Assembly: GCF_001194135.2 (NCBI RefSeq)
Contig: NC_069007.1
Coordinates: 3,492,369 to 3,556,368, forward strand
Source of the DNA: Octopus bimaculoides
Taxonomy: Eukaryota
Direction: 5' to 3'
Length of the DNA stretch: 64,000 nucleotides
In this document: in pieces, positions 51,028 through 62,598 of the stretch
Layout of the letters: every line of letters begins with the position of its first letter
Position numbering within the stretch: position 1 is the stretch's first letter
The notes under the pieces: model-generated
Seen by the model: only the letters and a program-made list of their open reading frames with translations
The model's database searches: none
What the model was told of the DNA's origin: nothing
Program-made: the position numbers and the translations under genes

Positions 51028-52866
51028 AACATATACATACTTCTCTCAATTGATAAGAACCAAATGATTTGTCACACATACAAATCCAATTGAGATAAAA
51101 ACTTTTCCAGCTGAACTGGACGAAGTACAATGTGTCTGTGTGTGTGTGCGTGCATGCGCACACATGGACATGTGTACGTACATGTATATAGATATATGCT
51201 TGTGTGTATACACCTACCCCTACAATTCCACTGCCAACGACAACACCACTACTCCCATAGCCACCACCTGCTACTACTGTATGTCAAGTGATTTCTCTTC
51301 ATTTCTTTTTAATATACTCAATCTGGTTTTACACGTATCAACTTGGTTAAAACTCAAAGAAAAACACCTGTGACAGGATTGTAAAAAATATACACACAGG
51401 TATATATAAATATCTGTGTGTATATATATATGTATGTGTAATTATAAAATTTCACTAGGAATGATTGATCCAGGTAAGTCTGTGACAAATTGTTTTGACA
51501 AAATTTCGTTGTCTTTCATGGTTTATAAAAAACATTGGTTATGTGGTTAAGAAGCTTGCTTTGCAACCATAAGGTACTGCAGAGCACCTCAGGGCAGCCA
51601 GTGCTTTGTGAGTGAATTTAGTTGACAGAAACTGTATGGAAGCCCATCATATACATGTATGTATGCACGTACATGCATGTGTGTGTATGTATGTATGTGT
51701 GAATATATGTATGTATATGCTTTTGTGTTTCTTTCCCTCCTCCTTCCTCCAGTTATTTGACAACCAATGTTCCTTTGTTTACATCCCCTTAACATAGCTG
51801 TTCATCAAAAGGGATCATCAGAATAAAAAATAAAAACCAAACTTAAAAATAAGTCCCAGGGTCAATTTGTTCAGCTTAAACTCTTCAAGGCCGTGCCCCA
51901 GCATGGCCACAGGTCACTGACTGAAACATGTAAAATATAAATCAGTAGATTTACTATCTTTTTTTTTATAATTTCTAATTAAAATTCCTTGTTAATTCAT
52001 GTTCCAATTAGCAGCTTAGTAATGACCAAAGATATTTCTGTAAATTCTTTATTAGTTACAAAATTAATGGAAACAAAGAGGATCGTAGGTCAACAAAAAA
52101 ATATATATATATATGTGTGTAGATAGATAGACAGACAGACATAAATAGATAAATATAGATGTGTGTTTGTGTTTGTATATGTCTACCCCATCCTTCTGCT
52201 TGACAACTAGTGTTTGTTTGTTTACATCCCTGTATGTTACCGGTTTGCCAATGAAGATCAATAGATTAAACACCAAAACTTCAAAATAAGCACTAGGCTC
52301 GATTTGTTTGACTACAATCTCTGAAGGTGGTGCCCCAGCATGACCATAGTCCAACAACTGGAACAAGCAGATAATAACAGATAAAAGCACTGTTGGCTAC
52401 ATCATATTTTATGCATTCCGACCCTTTTCAGGAGGGGTGGGCAGCGAAAGACAGAGATGAATGAATTTCAAAGTGAATGTCAGAACTTGAGCAGAATGGA
52501 ATCTGTGGAATTTTCTTGGAATGCAGCTAATCCCAGATTAGGGTTTTATCAAATGTATTATCCTAATCAACAGCCAATTGTGTTATTTTGTGCCTGTGTG
52601 GAGGTTTAGAATTTTGTGTGTGTGTTTCTTTTTAGCAATTATATTCTTATTCTTTTTCTTGCTTAGGTCATTTTTTGACCACAGCCATGCTGGAGCACTG
52701 CTTTGAAGGGTTTTTCAGTCAAACAAACACTGACCCCAGGACTTCTTCTTTGTAAACCTAGTCCTCATTCTATCGGTGTCTTTGGCTGAGCTCCTGTGTT
52801 ATGGGGATGTAAACACACCAACATTGGTTGTCAAGAGCGATGGGGGNNNNNNNNNNACACATACAT

Positions 52867-52923
<57 letters not shown>

Positions 52924-53745
52924 GCTTCTTTCAGTTTCCGTCTACCAAATCCACTCACAAGGCTTTGGTCAACCTGAGGTTATAGTAAAAAACACTTGTC
53001 CAAGATATTCTGCAGTGGGACTGAACCAAGAACCATGTGGTTGTGAAGCAAACTTCTTACCACACAGCCATGCCCTTTTCATTGTTTACTTGTTTCAGTC
53101 TTTGGACTGCGACCATACTGGAGCAGCGTAGCTTACGTAGTTGTATGTTTTTGTATTTCTGTGATTATTTGCGTATGTCTGTCTGTCTTGTGTGTGTGTG
53201 TGGTTATCTTTGATTATGTTTGTATGCACTTTTGTGTGTTTATGATTATTTCGTGCGTGCTTTTGTGATTGTCATAGCCTAGAAAAAAAAAAATAACGAA
53301 AAAAAACCCCACTCCCGTAATGTTTCTAGTTGTGTGTGTACATGCGTCTTTATCTCTTGTAACTAATGTCTGTATGTACCTTTAGATTAGAGGCAATCTT
53401 TAATACGTTTAAACAAAGACAATCGCTATGTGTTTAGACCAGTAAAAAATCTATGGTGTACACGTGAAAGTCTCCAGAGCGATTACATTGTAGCAATCCA
53501 ATTCGCTGACTCCATTAGATGCAGACGTTCCATCACGTACGCATTCTCATAACACTTTCTCTCTGTTTCTCGATCAATCAGTAACTCTTATTGATAGTTT
53601 TTTGTGCTGACACTATTGGCTTTTATTGCCAAACCAATAACTCACAGGAATGTAAACAAACACTAAGTTGTCAAGCGGAGAAATGGACAGTGGAGTGGGG
53701 GAACATATACAAACACAAACACACATTCACACACATCTATCAATC

Positions 53746-53754
53746 AATCAATCA

Positions 53755-53800
<46 letters not shown>

Positions 53801-53801
53801 A

Positions 53802-53832
<31 letters not shown>

Positions 53833-53833
53833 A

Positions 53834-53895
<62 letters not shown>

Positions 53896-53917
53896 ATCTA
53901 ACTATCTACCTACCTAC

Positions 53918-53956
<39 letters not shown>

Positions 53957-53996
53957 ATCTGCCTGTCTCTATCTATCTATCTATCTATCTATCTAT
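53746..53996 (+). repeat. (TCTA)n compound microsatellite, representative of many (TA)n, (CA)n, (GA)n, (TTA)n, (CAT)n tracts
   Basis: Directly visible. Confidence 0.95.
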
Positions 53997-54169
53997 TGTA
54001 GAAGACACATGCCGAAGGTGCCATGCGGTGGGACTGAACTTGGAACCGTGTGGTTACCACACAGCCACGGCTGCACTTGTGTGTGTGTGTGTGTTTGTGT
54101 GTAAAGACTATGGTCAGTAATGTTGGTCAAACCCTAAACAAAGGACTGATATTTCCTTGACCAGCACAG

Positions 54170-54533
54170 GTCCTCGGCGATCAAGTGTTTCCCCATCAAT
54201 CATCTAGTGTGGAGAAGATTCCCCACTTGTTTTTGACAAGCAACAAGCGGGTAGATTTGGTTTCAAATCTCAGGCAGGGCGAAGGCGAGATCCCTACACC
54301 CTGAAGTATTGGGACCTGGCAATGAACTATTTCTTCCAGCCTGTGGAATTTGAGATGTTTGGAGGGGTCGGGCCGCAAACGGCGAAGTTCTTGTCATCGT
54401 TGGCGGCTCGCCTTACCGTGGTGTCAGGTCAGGTGATGCTGGTGAGGGTACTTGGCTGTTCCAACGCCTCAGCATCGCCATCGCCCACAGTAATGCCACA
54501 AGCGTGTTAGCTTGCTATAGTACCTTCCGTTGA
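54170..54533 (+). mobile_element. CRE-like non-LTR retrotransposon 3' remnant (restriction-like endonuclease end)
   Basis: KYWDLAMNYFFQPVEFEMFGGVGP...LAARL, then a frameshift to WLFQRLSIAIAHSNATSVL; compare KY..L...Y.F.P.A.ET.G.WG / L.QRLSIAIQRGNA. Confidence 0.7.
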
Positions 54534-55340
54534 ATCTTGTGGTGTGCGACTAATTGAGGTACTTGGTGGTACATCGATGTTCTTTTGCCTTTTTTTTTTG
54601 TTTGTTTTTCGTTTGTATAAATTATACAATGAAATAGAAAGCTAATATAATTAAATGTGTTTAATTGGGAAGTCTTGTGTGTGGCATTATTCTGTAGTAA
54701 TGCCCTTATATAAATATAAACGAATAATTATATTCTTGGGAATAGAAATTTCCCTTATGAATTTTTTTATACACTAGCTTCCTGATAAAATTCTTGTAAA
54801 AGATTTTTATCCTATTTTGAATTTATAGAAAATTAATATATCTGTTTAAGGAAACTGAAAAAATATTTTAAAAGTTTATAGAAATCCACATTTTCCACTT
54901 TTTCGTAAAAATTTTTACATCAACGGAATTTTCTCGATGTGAACTTTCTAGTGCAGTAATTAGATTTTTAAAATTCCGTTTACTTTGTGTGATTTAAGGG
55001 AGATTTGGCTGTTGTTTCTAGTTTATAATAAACGAAATAACATTGTTTGCTATGGTGGCGGCGAAACGTCGACACTATCACAATGACTCAATCAGTTTTA
55101 ATTCCTTTATCTTATCTTTAAAAAAGAACAAATCATTGGCGTTACGTTATCCCGTGATCGTCATGGCTGGAATATCTGAAAATTCTTTCGTCTTTTTATA
55201 TTGAAACAAAATGATGATTGATCTCGGGGAAAGAGGCCGTGCGCCTATAGTTTTCCGTAGATCCGCCGAGTCTCGTTAACCGTGCTTACACACACACACA
55301 CACAACAAAAACGCGTACACGCTCACACATACACACACAC

Positions 55341-55372
<32 letters not shown>

Positions 55373-55999
55373 CGTTCAAGGGAGACAATTCTAGATTTAA
55401 GATAAGTATTTGAGTTACTTCCCTTGACCGGACCGTTAATCCAACGCTTGCGTTTGTAAGTGTCTTGCTTTTAAATCGTTTAATTTTATATTTTAAATGA
55501 ACGTGAAACGTTTTGTCTGCCAAAGAATCGTTTAATATGTAAAATACTGCGACGTCTCATTTCCTGAAATGAATTGGCAATACGCTAACATTTATATATT
55601 CTTATTTTCAGTTTACGGTTTCTTCCTAATCATATGTCTATGGCTACTTGCAATGTTCAAAGGTAATTCCTTATTCGTTTATCTTTTTCTTTTACTTGTT
55701 TCAGTCGTTTGGTCTACGGCCATGCTGGAGCACTGCATCGAAGGGTTTTATTCTTTCTGGATCTTTATTGCACACAAGGGGCTAAACTGCATTGAAGGGT
55801 TTTAGCTGAACGAATAGACTGACCGCAGTACTAGTTGTTTTAAGTCTGCTACCTACTTGTCCTAACGATCTCCCTTTTTTCCGAACCGCTAAGTCACGGG
55901 GCCGTAAACAATCCATCATCGGTTATCACGGTACAGGACAGACACATGCACGCACACACGTACGTACGTACATAGTTACATACGTACGTACGTACAGAC

Positions 56000-56034
<35 letters not shown>

Positions 56035-56174
56035 CACATACACACACACACACAGATAGATATCTATATAAGGGCATTACTACAGAATAATGCCACACAC
56101 TAGACTTCCAAAATAAATACATTTTTACTGAATGCGAGGAAAAGCAAGACAGACAGACAGACAGATAGATAGAT

Positions 56175-56525
56175 GTCAGATAGAAATCAAAGAAAAAGAG
56201 GATATCTATGGACAGCTGCCTCCAAACCTCCAGCTTCTATCTCCAGACGATGAATTTATATTCATACCAATAATAATTGGAGCACTAGTTTTTGTTAGTA
56301 AATGCTTGAAGGAGAATCTGGATAAACTGGGATTTTCAGAACGAGAAATCGACCGGCTAATTCGTACCTTACAAGTGCAATCTGTGAGTGGAACTGTAAA
56401 AATAGGCAGGAATTTTCTCAAGTTCCAAATGTGAATCTATCTGTGTTAACTACATCCCAAAGACGGAGCCTTGTTGGAAACCGGCCCCGCTCATCAGTGG
56501 AAGATTTATAATAATTAAATAAATA
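56175..56525 (+). mobile_element. R4/Dong-like non-LTR retrotransposon 3' end, 5'-truncated
   Basis: EKEDIYGQL...FIPIIIGALVFVSKCLKENLDKLGF...LQVQSVSGTVKIGRNFLKF*, then a short UTR and ataataattaaataaat tail. Confidence 0.65.
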
Positions 56526-57636
56526 GAAGAAGCATACATTCATATATACATATGACGGGTTCCTCACAGTTTCCGTCCACCAGGCATCAGTTTGTCCGAT
56601 GCCAGAGTAGAAGACATTTGGCCAAGGTGCCATTCAGTGGAACTGAGTTCAAAACCAGGAGAAGTAAACTTCCAACCACGCAGCCATGAACACTGTCTCT
56701 CCTCTTTTATGTCCACATTTCGATGCTTTACTTTTGATTTATGTATTTGTTGTTTTGTTTTGTTTTTCTTCGACCATAAAAACCTATAATTTTGCATAAA
56801 TGCAAGAATTATTTTCAAAAATTGTTATTAGTTAAAAGTTACCTCCCTTACAGTTTGTGGAATTTCAATTTTTTTGTTTTTGTTTAACCCCAGGTCAGTC
56901 CAGCTTCAACAGATCTGTTCACTAATGTTGCTCTTGTTATTATTATTATTGTTGTTGTTGTTGACACAAGAGTCCCGTAAACAATATTAGAAAGACTTCC
57001 TCCCCCCCATTTTCTTGCAAATTATTGTTTAAAAAAAAAATTTTTTTTTTTGACAAAACCCCACGTTTTCGGTTACGGAGGATTCCGGAAAATCGCCAAA
57101 AATCGGAATTAAAATTTTTTTCGACTTTCGTCCTTTACTTTCTTAATTCAGTCCTCACCTGCGTCGTATTAACCCGACATCCTTCTGAAAGTCATAACGT
57201 GGCTCTGCCTCCCCCCCAGGTCTTCAAGTCTTGTGTTCATGCTACAACCCTATTACATTCACCCAATAAGACAACCACAATCCTTTTCTTTCAGTGTATG
57301 GTCTGGTAACCATAAAATATCTACAAACATTCAAGCTATCAGGACAAAAGAAAGCAGGTTGGTGATGTCTCACGCTTATTTTACCTTCCAAATAATCCAT
57401 TTCCTTTTTTCTCATCTATTTCCCCCCCCCCCTTTTTTTCTTATACTTCGTAAACTAACCAAACTTACATCATCATTATCATCGTCGTCACTACGGCCAC
57501 CACTAAATTGACCACAGTCACCTCCATGACAACAACTCTTATTGTCATCACCACCACCACTGGTCCCACTATCGTCATTGTTATCATCGTCATCATCATT
57601 ATTATTATTGGTTTCAAATTTCGGTACAATGCCAGC

Positions 57637-57785
57637 AATTCTTAGGTCATCCATATACAACAGATGGTTGATTGTTTTGTCGTAACAGTTGTATCCACAT
57701 TCAGTTGTGTTTAGCATGTCAGATAAAGGTGTCAATGCCAAGCAGAAAAGAGTGGGGAGAGTGTGTCTTCCCGGAATATTCTTCT
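57637..57785 (-). mobile_element. Non-LTR reverse transcriptase fragment (YMDD)
   Basis: IFREDTLSP, then a frameshift to LFCLALTPLSDMLN...INHLLYMDDL; matches the IFQGDSLSP...NHLLYMDD pattern. Confidence 0.8.
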
Positions 57786-58437
57786 TCTTCTTCTTCTTCT
57801 TAAGGTGGTGGGCTGGCAGAATTGTTAGCATACCGGGCAAAATGCATAGCGATATTTCATCTGTCTCTACGCTCTGAGTTCAAATTCTGCCGAAGTCAAC
57901 TTTGTCTTTGAACCTTTAGGGTTGATGAAATATGCACCAGTTGCATACAGGGGCCAATATAATTGACTAGCCCCCACCCAAAAACATTTCAGGCCTTGTG
58001 CCTTTAGTAGAAAGGATTATTATTATTTAAGACGTTACATAGTATCCAATATCGTGAGGTTGTTGATTGAAGATATTGTGTCTACCGCGGGGTTTGCACT
58101 GTCTGTCAAGTCACAACAAGGACCTCAGACAAACAGACAGACTACTTTATGCAATATGCATGCAGTTATTAATATTGTTATTATTACTAAGGCGGCGAGC
58201 TGGCAGAATCGTTAGCACGCCGGGCAAAATGCTTAGCGGTATTTTTCTGCTGCTATGTTCTGAGTTCAAATTCCGCCGAGGTCGACTTTGCCTTTCATCC
58301 TTTCCCCTATCCATCTGTTCATATCTTTAGGGGACAGTTCCCAATGAACCTAGGATACATTTTATCAGCACTTCCCATAGTCTCTGTAATTCAATAGCTA
58401 GGTCCTGGTACTTCGCTATTTTTTCCTATACCTCTCA

Positions 58438-58471
<34 letters not shown>

Positions 58472-58684
58472 ACTGGCAAACTGACAGAACCGTAGCATGC
58501 CGGACAAAATGCTTATCGGCATTTCGTCCATCTTTACATTCTGAGTTCAAATTTTGCTGAGGTTTACTTTGTGTTTCATTCTTTTGGGGGCGGTCAGTGA
58601 AATAAGTACCAGTTGTGTGCTGGGTCAATGTAATTAATTATTCTCCTTCCCCAAATTTCAGGCCTTGAGCCTTTAGTAGAAACG

Positions 58685-58722
<38 letters not shown>

Positions 58723-58766
58723 CATTATTATTGTTATTATTATTATTATTTGATATGTTTTAACAG

Positions 58767-59227
58767 AAGACGGTGGGAAGAGACAAGAAGAGAACTGCTT
58801 ACGTGATGACTGGCAGCAAAGAAAGGAGGAGAAAAAGTACCGTGATCGGTCGAAAGAAAGAGAACGAGATTGTTATGGCCAGCGGACTCGAGATCAAAGC
58901 AGTTGCACTGGACGGTCGACTGAAGACGAGAACAGTCACCGCGAACAGCAAAGATCAAATGAGAGCAGCAGCTCTGAACAGCAGGTTCTGTTCGAGGATG
59001 CGTTGTGTGAACAGCAGACACAGGTTAAGACTGGTGACTGCGGTGTACAGCGGACTCGAGCCAAGAGCAGTTGCTATGAGAAAAAGGCCCCACGGAAGAA
59101 GGTCAGGTCAAGAAATAAGAGTGAATTGGAAGAAAGCAGTGATACATCGACAAACAATCTGGCTTTGACAACATCAGACATAGCTAAGTCTTCAAGTGAA
59201 AGCAACATTTCAATGATGTCTTCTAAG
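58767..59227 (+). CDS. Internal exon of an uncharacterised gene (charged/Ser-rich, likely disordered)
   Basis: ttttaacag acceptor, AAG|GTAAAT donor, 461 nt with no stop in the reading DGGKRQEENC...SNISMMSSK; non-repetitive island among SINEs. Confidence 0.7.
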
Positions 59228-59749
59228 GTAAATGAAATTACTTATCTTTATTTCTCTTTCCAGCTATTCACATCCATTGTTACATAATGCAGGGGCAGCC
59301 ATGTATCTCCTCGTAAGCAAAACATATAATGCTGTCTCTTTGTTATTTTTTTAATTTTTATTTATGCGCTTTTTTAAAGCCTAACCAGGCTCGTGGGCCC
59401 AGGTTCCCGGATTCAATGGCGTATGTGTTCCCCCCACCCAGCTGGACGGCACACCAGTCCATCACAGTGTTACTCAAGAAACAGGAAGAAAGAGTGAGAG
59501 AAAGTTGGGGTGAAAGAGTACAACAGGGGTCGCCACCCCCCCCTGCCGGAGCCTCGTGGAGTTATAGATGTTTTTGCTCAATAAACACATACCATGCCCG
59601 GTCTGGGAATTGAAACCACGATCCTCCGGCTGCGAGTCCACTGCCCTAACCACTGGGCCATTGCGCCTCCACGTCTCTTTGTTGTACTGTGCTTTATCTA
59701 TTTGTCTCTCTCTCTCTCTCTCTCTCTGTATATATATATATATATATAT

Positions 59750-59940
59750 ACGGTGGCACGTAAAAGCACCCACTACACTCTCGGAGTGGTTGGCGTTGAG
59801 AAGGGCATCCAGCTGTAGAAACTCTGCCAAATCAGATTGGAGCCTGGTGCAGCCATCTGGTTTCACCAGTCCTCAGTCAAATCGTCCAACCCATGCTAGC
59901 ATGGAAAGCGGACATTAAACGATGATGATGATGATGATGA
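59750..59940 (+). mobile_element. Representative copy of RTE-tailed SINE/short LINE tail ending in (GAT)n
   Basis: gagtggttggcgtt...aagggcatccagc...catggaaagcggac-ttaaacgatgatgat; near-identical copies at about 7310, 50820, 60640 and inverted at 16610, 19290, 36350. Confidence 0.8.
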
Positions 59941-60396
59941 TATACGTGTGGCTGTGTGGTAAGAAGTTTGCTTTCCAACCACATAGTTCTGGGTTCAGTT
60001 CCACTGCATGGCATCTTGGGCAAGTGTCTTCTACTCTAGCCTCAGGACAAGCAAAGCCTTGTGAGTGAAATTTGTAAAAGGCAAGAAAGAAAAATTAGAT
60101 ATTAAAATAGGGCTGAAATTGCCTCTAGGGGCAAATCCCCCTTGGAAAACACACCCAGACGAAAGCTGGGTGCCTTACACACCTCGTGTGCGAAAATTTA
60201 AAACAAAACTTATTCAATAAACTGTAGAAAATGGCGATTACCTTAAGTGCTGATGCAACAACACAATAGATAGATGGATGGATGGATGGATGGAGATATA
60301 TGTATATATGGATGGATGGAGATATATATACATATATATATATATGGATGGATAGATGGAGATATATATATATATATATATATGGATGGATGGATG

Positions 60397-60427
<31 letters not shown>

Positions 60428-60500
60428 GGATGGATAGATAGATAAATGGATGGATGGATGGATGGAGATATATATATATATATGGATGGATGGATGGATG

Positions 60501-60531
<31 letters not shown>

Positions 60532-60570
60532 GGATAGATAGATAGATAAATGGATGGATGGCTAGATGGC

Positions 60571-60601
<31 letters not shown>

Positions 60602-61037
60602 CGCCTGACTGGCCTTCGTGCAGGTGACACGTAAAAGCACCTACTACACTCTCTGAGTGGTTGGCGTTAGGAAGGGCATCCAGCTGTAGAAACTCTGCCA
60701 AATTTAGATTGGAGCCTGGTGTTGCCATCCGGTTTCACCAGTCCTCAGTCAAGTTGTCCAACCCATGCTAGCATGGAAAGCGGACGTTAAATGATGATGA
60801 TGATGATATATGGATGGATGTCCATCCGTCCGGTCGTCCATGTTTGTCCCTCACTACTGCTTGACAACTGGTGTTGGTGTGTTTACATCTCCATAACTTA
60901 GCAGTTTGGCAAAAGCGACTGATAGAATAAGTACTAGACATAAAGAAAGTAATCGGGTTGATCCGTTCAGCAAAAAACTCGGTCACCAAAACCTGTCCGT
61001 GTGTTTAACTCTTTTTCTTTTTTGCTGTCTTTCATAG

Positions 61038-61301
61038 GAAACGTGCAGCACAAAACAGAAATATTCAAGTCTGAAAAGCAACGGAAGCCACGGGCATCAT
61101 TGCAAAAGGTTAAGTTGTTCTGGGCCCACCACCTCAGAACTTATCAGGCGCTTCGAGTCTAAAGACAGATCAGAGGACAACACTGTCAGACATCGGCACA
61201 GAAAGAACTATGTCAGTGTTACCAAACTTGTGGATACATTTGAAAATCTTGCTGGAAACAAAAGTCGCCATTATGTGCATGTACCTCTGTATCCTTACTG
61301 A
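61038..61301 (+). CDS. Downstream, possibly terminal, exon of the same uncharacterised gene (ETCSTKQ...VPLYPY*)
   Basis: Pyrimidine tract plus catag acceptor; phase 0 matches the upstream donor; 87 codons open to TGA at 61299..61301. Confidence 0.6.
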   Translation, partial: ETCSTKQKYSSLKSNGSHGHHCKRLSCSGPTTSELIRRFESKDRSEDNTVRHRHRKNYVSVTKLVDTFENLAGNKSRHYVHVPLYPY

Positions 61302-62069
61302 ATTCTGATTGGCTGACTGGCTGGTCTCACAGCAGGGTTTCCACCAATCAGATTTGTGGGATGCTGTCAGTAGATGTATGACATCATCACTAGCTCTGGT
61401 TGCTTTTAATTAGCTGGAAGATGATTATAGAAGACAGGAGGTAGGATACAAGTCTGGAGAGAAGGGGTGGATTTGACTGAATCAAACCCTGCTGAAACCC
61501 CTACCGAAGTGTATTACTATATTTGTTTGTTCTTGTTGTCTCTGTTCCTTTCTCACCCTAGGAGATGAAAATGCAATGATTAACCCCGCTGGGATTAGGA
61601 CTTGAAATTCTGAATGCAAAAGGTCAAGACGAAATATACTAACAGGCAGGAAATGTTATTATTGGCAGGATTTTTCCAAGTCCTTTATAAACATATGTCC
61701 ATAATAATTCTAACTACTTTTACCCCCTAAAATATAAGGCTTTTGTCTGGCCAGAGGAAAACAAAGCTGAAACATCATTATCATTACTATTCTGCTGCAG
61801 TCAACTTTGCCTTTCACCCCAGTTGATAAAATAAGTACCAGCGTACCAGTCATGTACTGGGGTGATGTAATCGTCTTGCCCCTCCCTTCAAAATTGGTGG
61901 CCTTGTGCCAAAATTCGAAACCATTCTTACTGTTGTGGATTAATAGAATTGTTAGAACATCAGACGAAATATATTAGAATCTAACAAAATTGTCTGACAA
62001 ATGGGAACATGAAACTCTAGTTTTTGTGATATTTCTGCTGCTTTTAAATAAAGTATGTATGTATATATG

Positions 62070-62121
<52 letters not shown>

Positions 62122-62248
62122 GCAAAAATTTAGATTCAGGTGAATATGGTACTTAAGTTGAGGCATTAGAATTTAGTAAGGTATTATCCATACAGTTTCA
62201 AAGTAAGGTGATTAAAATCAAAATAAGCAACAAGGATATCCAGAGATA

Positions 62249-62336
62249 ACGCAGAATGATCGTTTCAAGCAACTCTGTTTAATTGAACAATGCAATCATT
62301 ACATCAATTTAAATGCAGAGCAATCCTCAGCTGCAT
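62249..62336 (-). ncRNA. Degenerate hammerhead-like motif with long stem II
   Basis: ATGCAG CTGAGGA ... GAA ACGATCAT T CTGCGT; stem I 6 bp including one G-U; base of stem II not paired. Confidence 0.4.
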
Positions 62337-62547
62337 AAATACATAGAATTTAATTAAATTAAAACAGATGGACACATTAGTAGAATTTTACCTAAAACCT
62401 CCAAGAAGGTAAGGAGATAGACAAAGAAGATGCTGTCTTCACTTCAGCTTAGAAGCTGATGAGGTATCAGGAAGAAAGACTTGTTAGGGATCTAGCTTAT
62501 CAGTTTTTTGGGGTCAGTTTTAATTTATAGTCTTGTTTACCAAATAT

Positions 62548-62598
<51 letters not shown>

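Noticed and set aside
52432-52610. Possible exon after cttttcag (MNEFQSECQNLSRMES...)
   Set aside because: Only one short open frame, no convincing donor and no homology recognised; cannot support it.
62447-62480. CTGATGA...GAAA on the plus strand as a hammerhead
   Set aside because: No stem II pairing and no stem III or NUH site.
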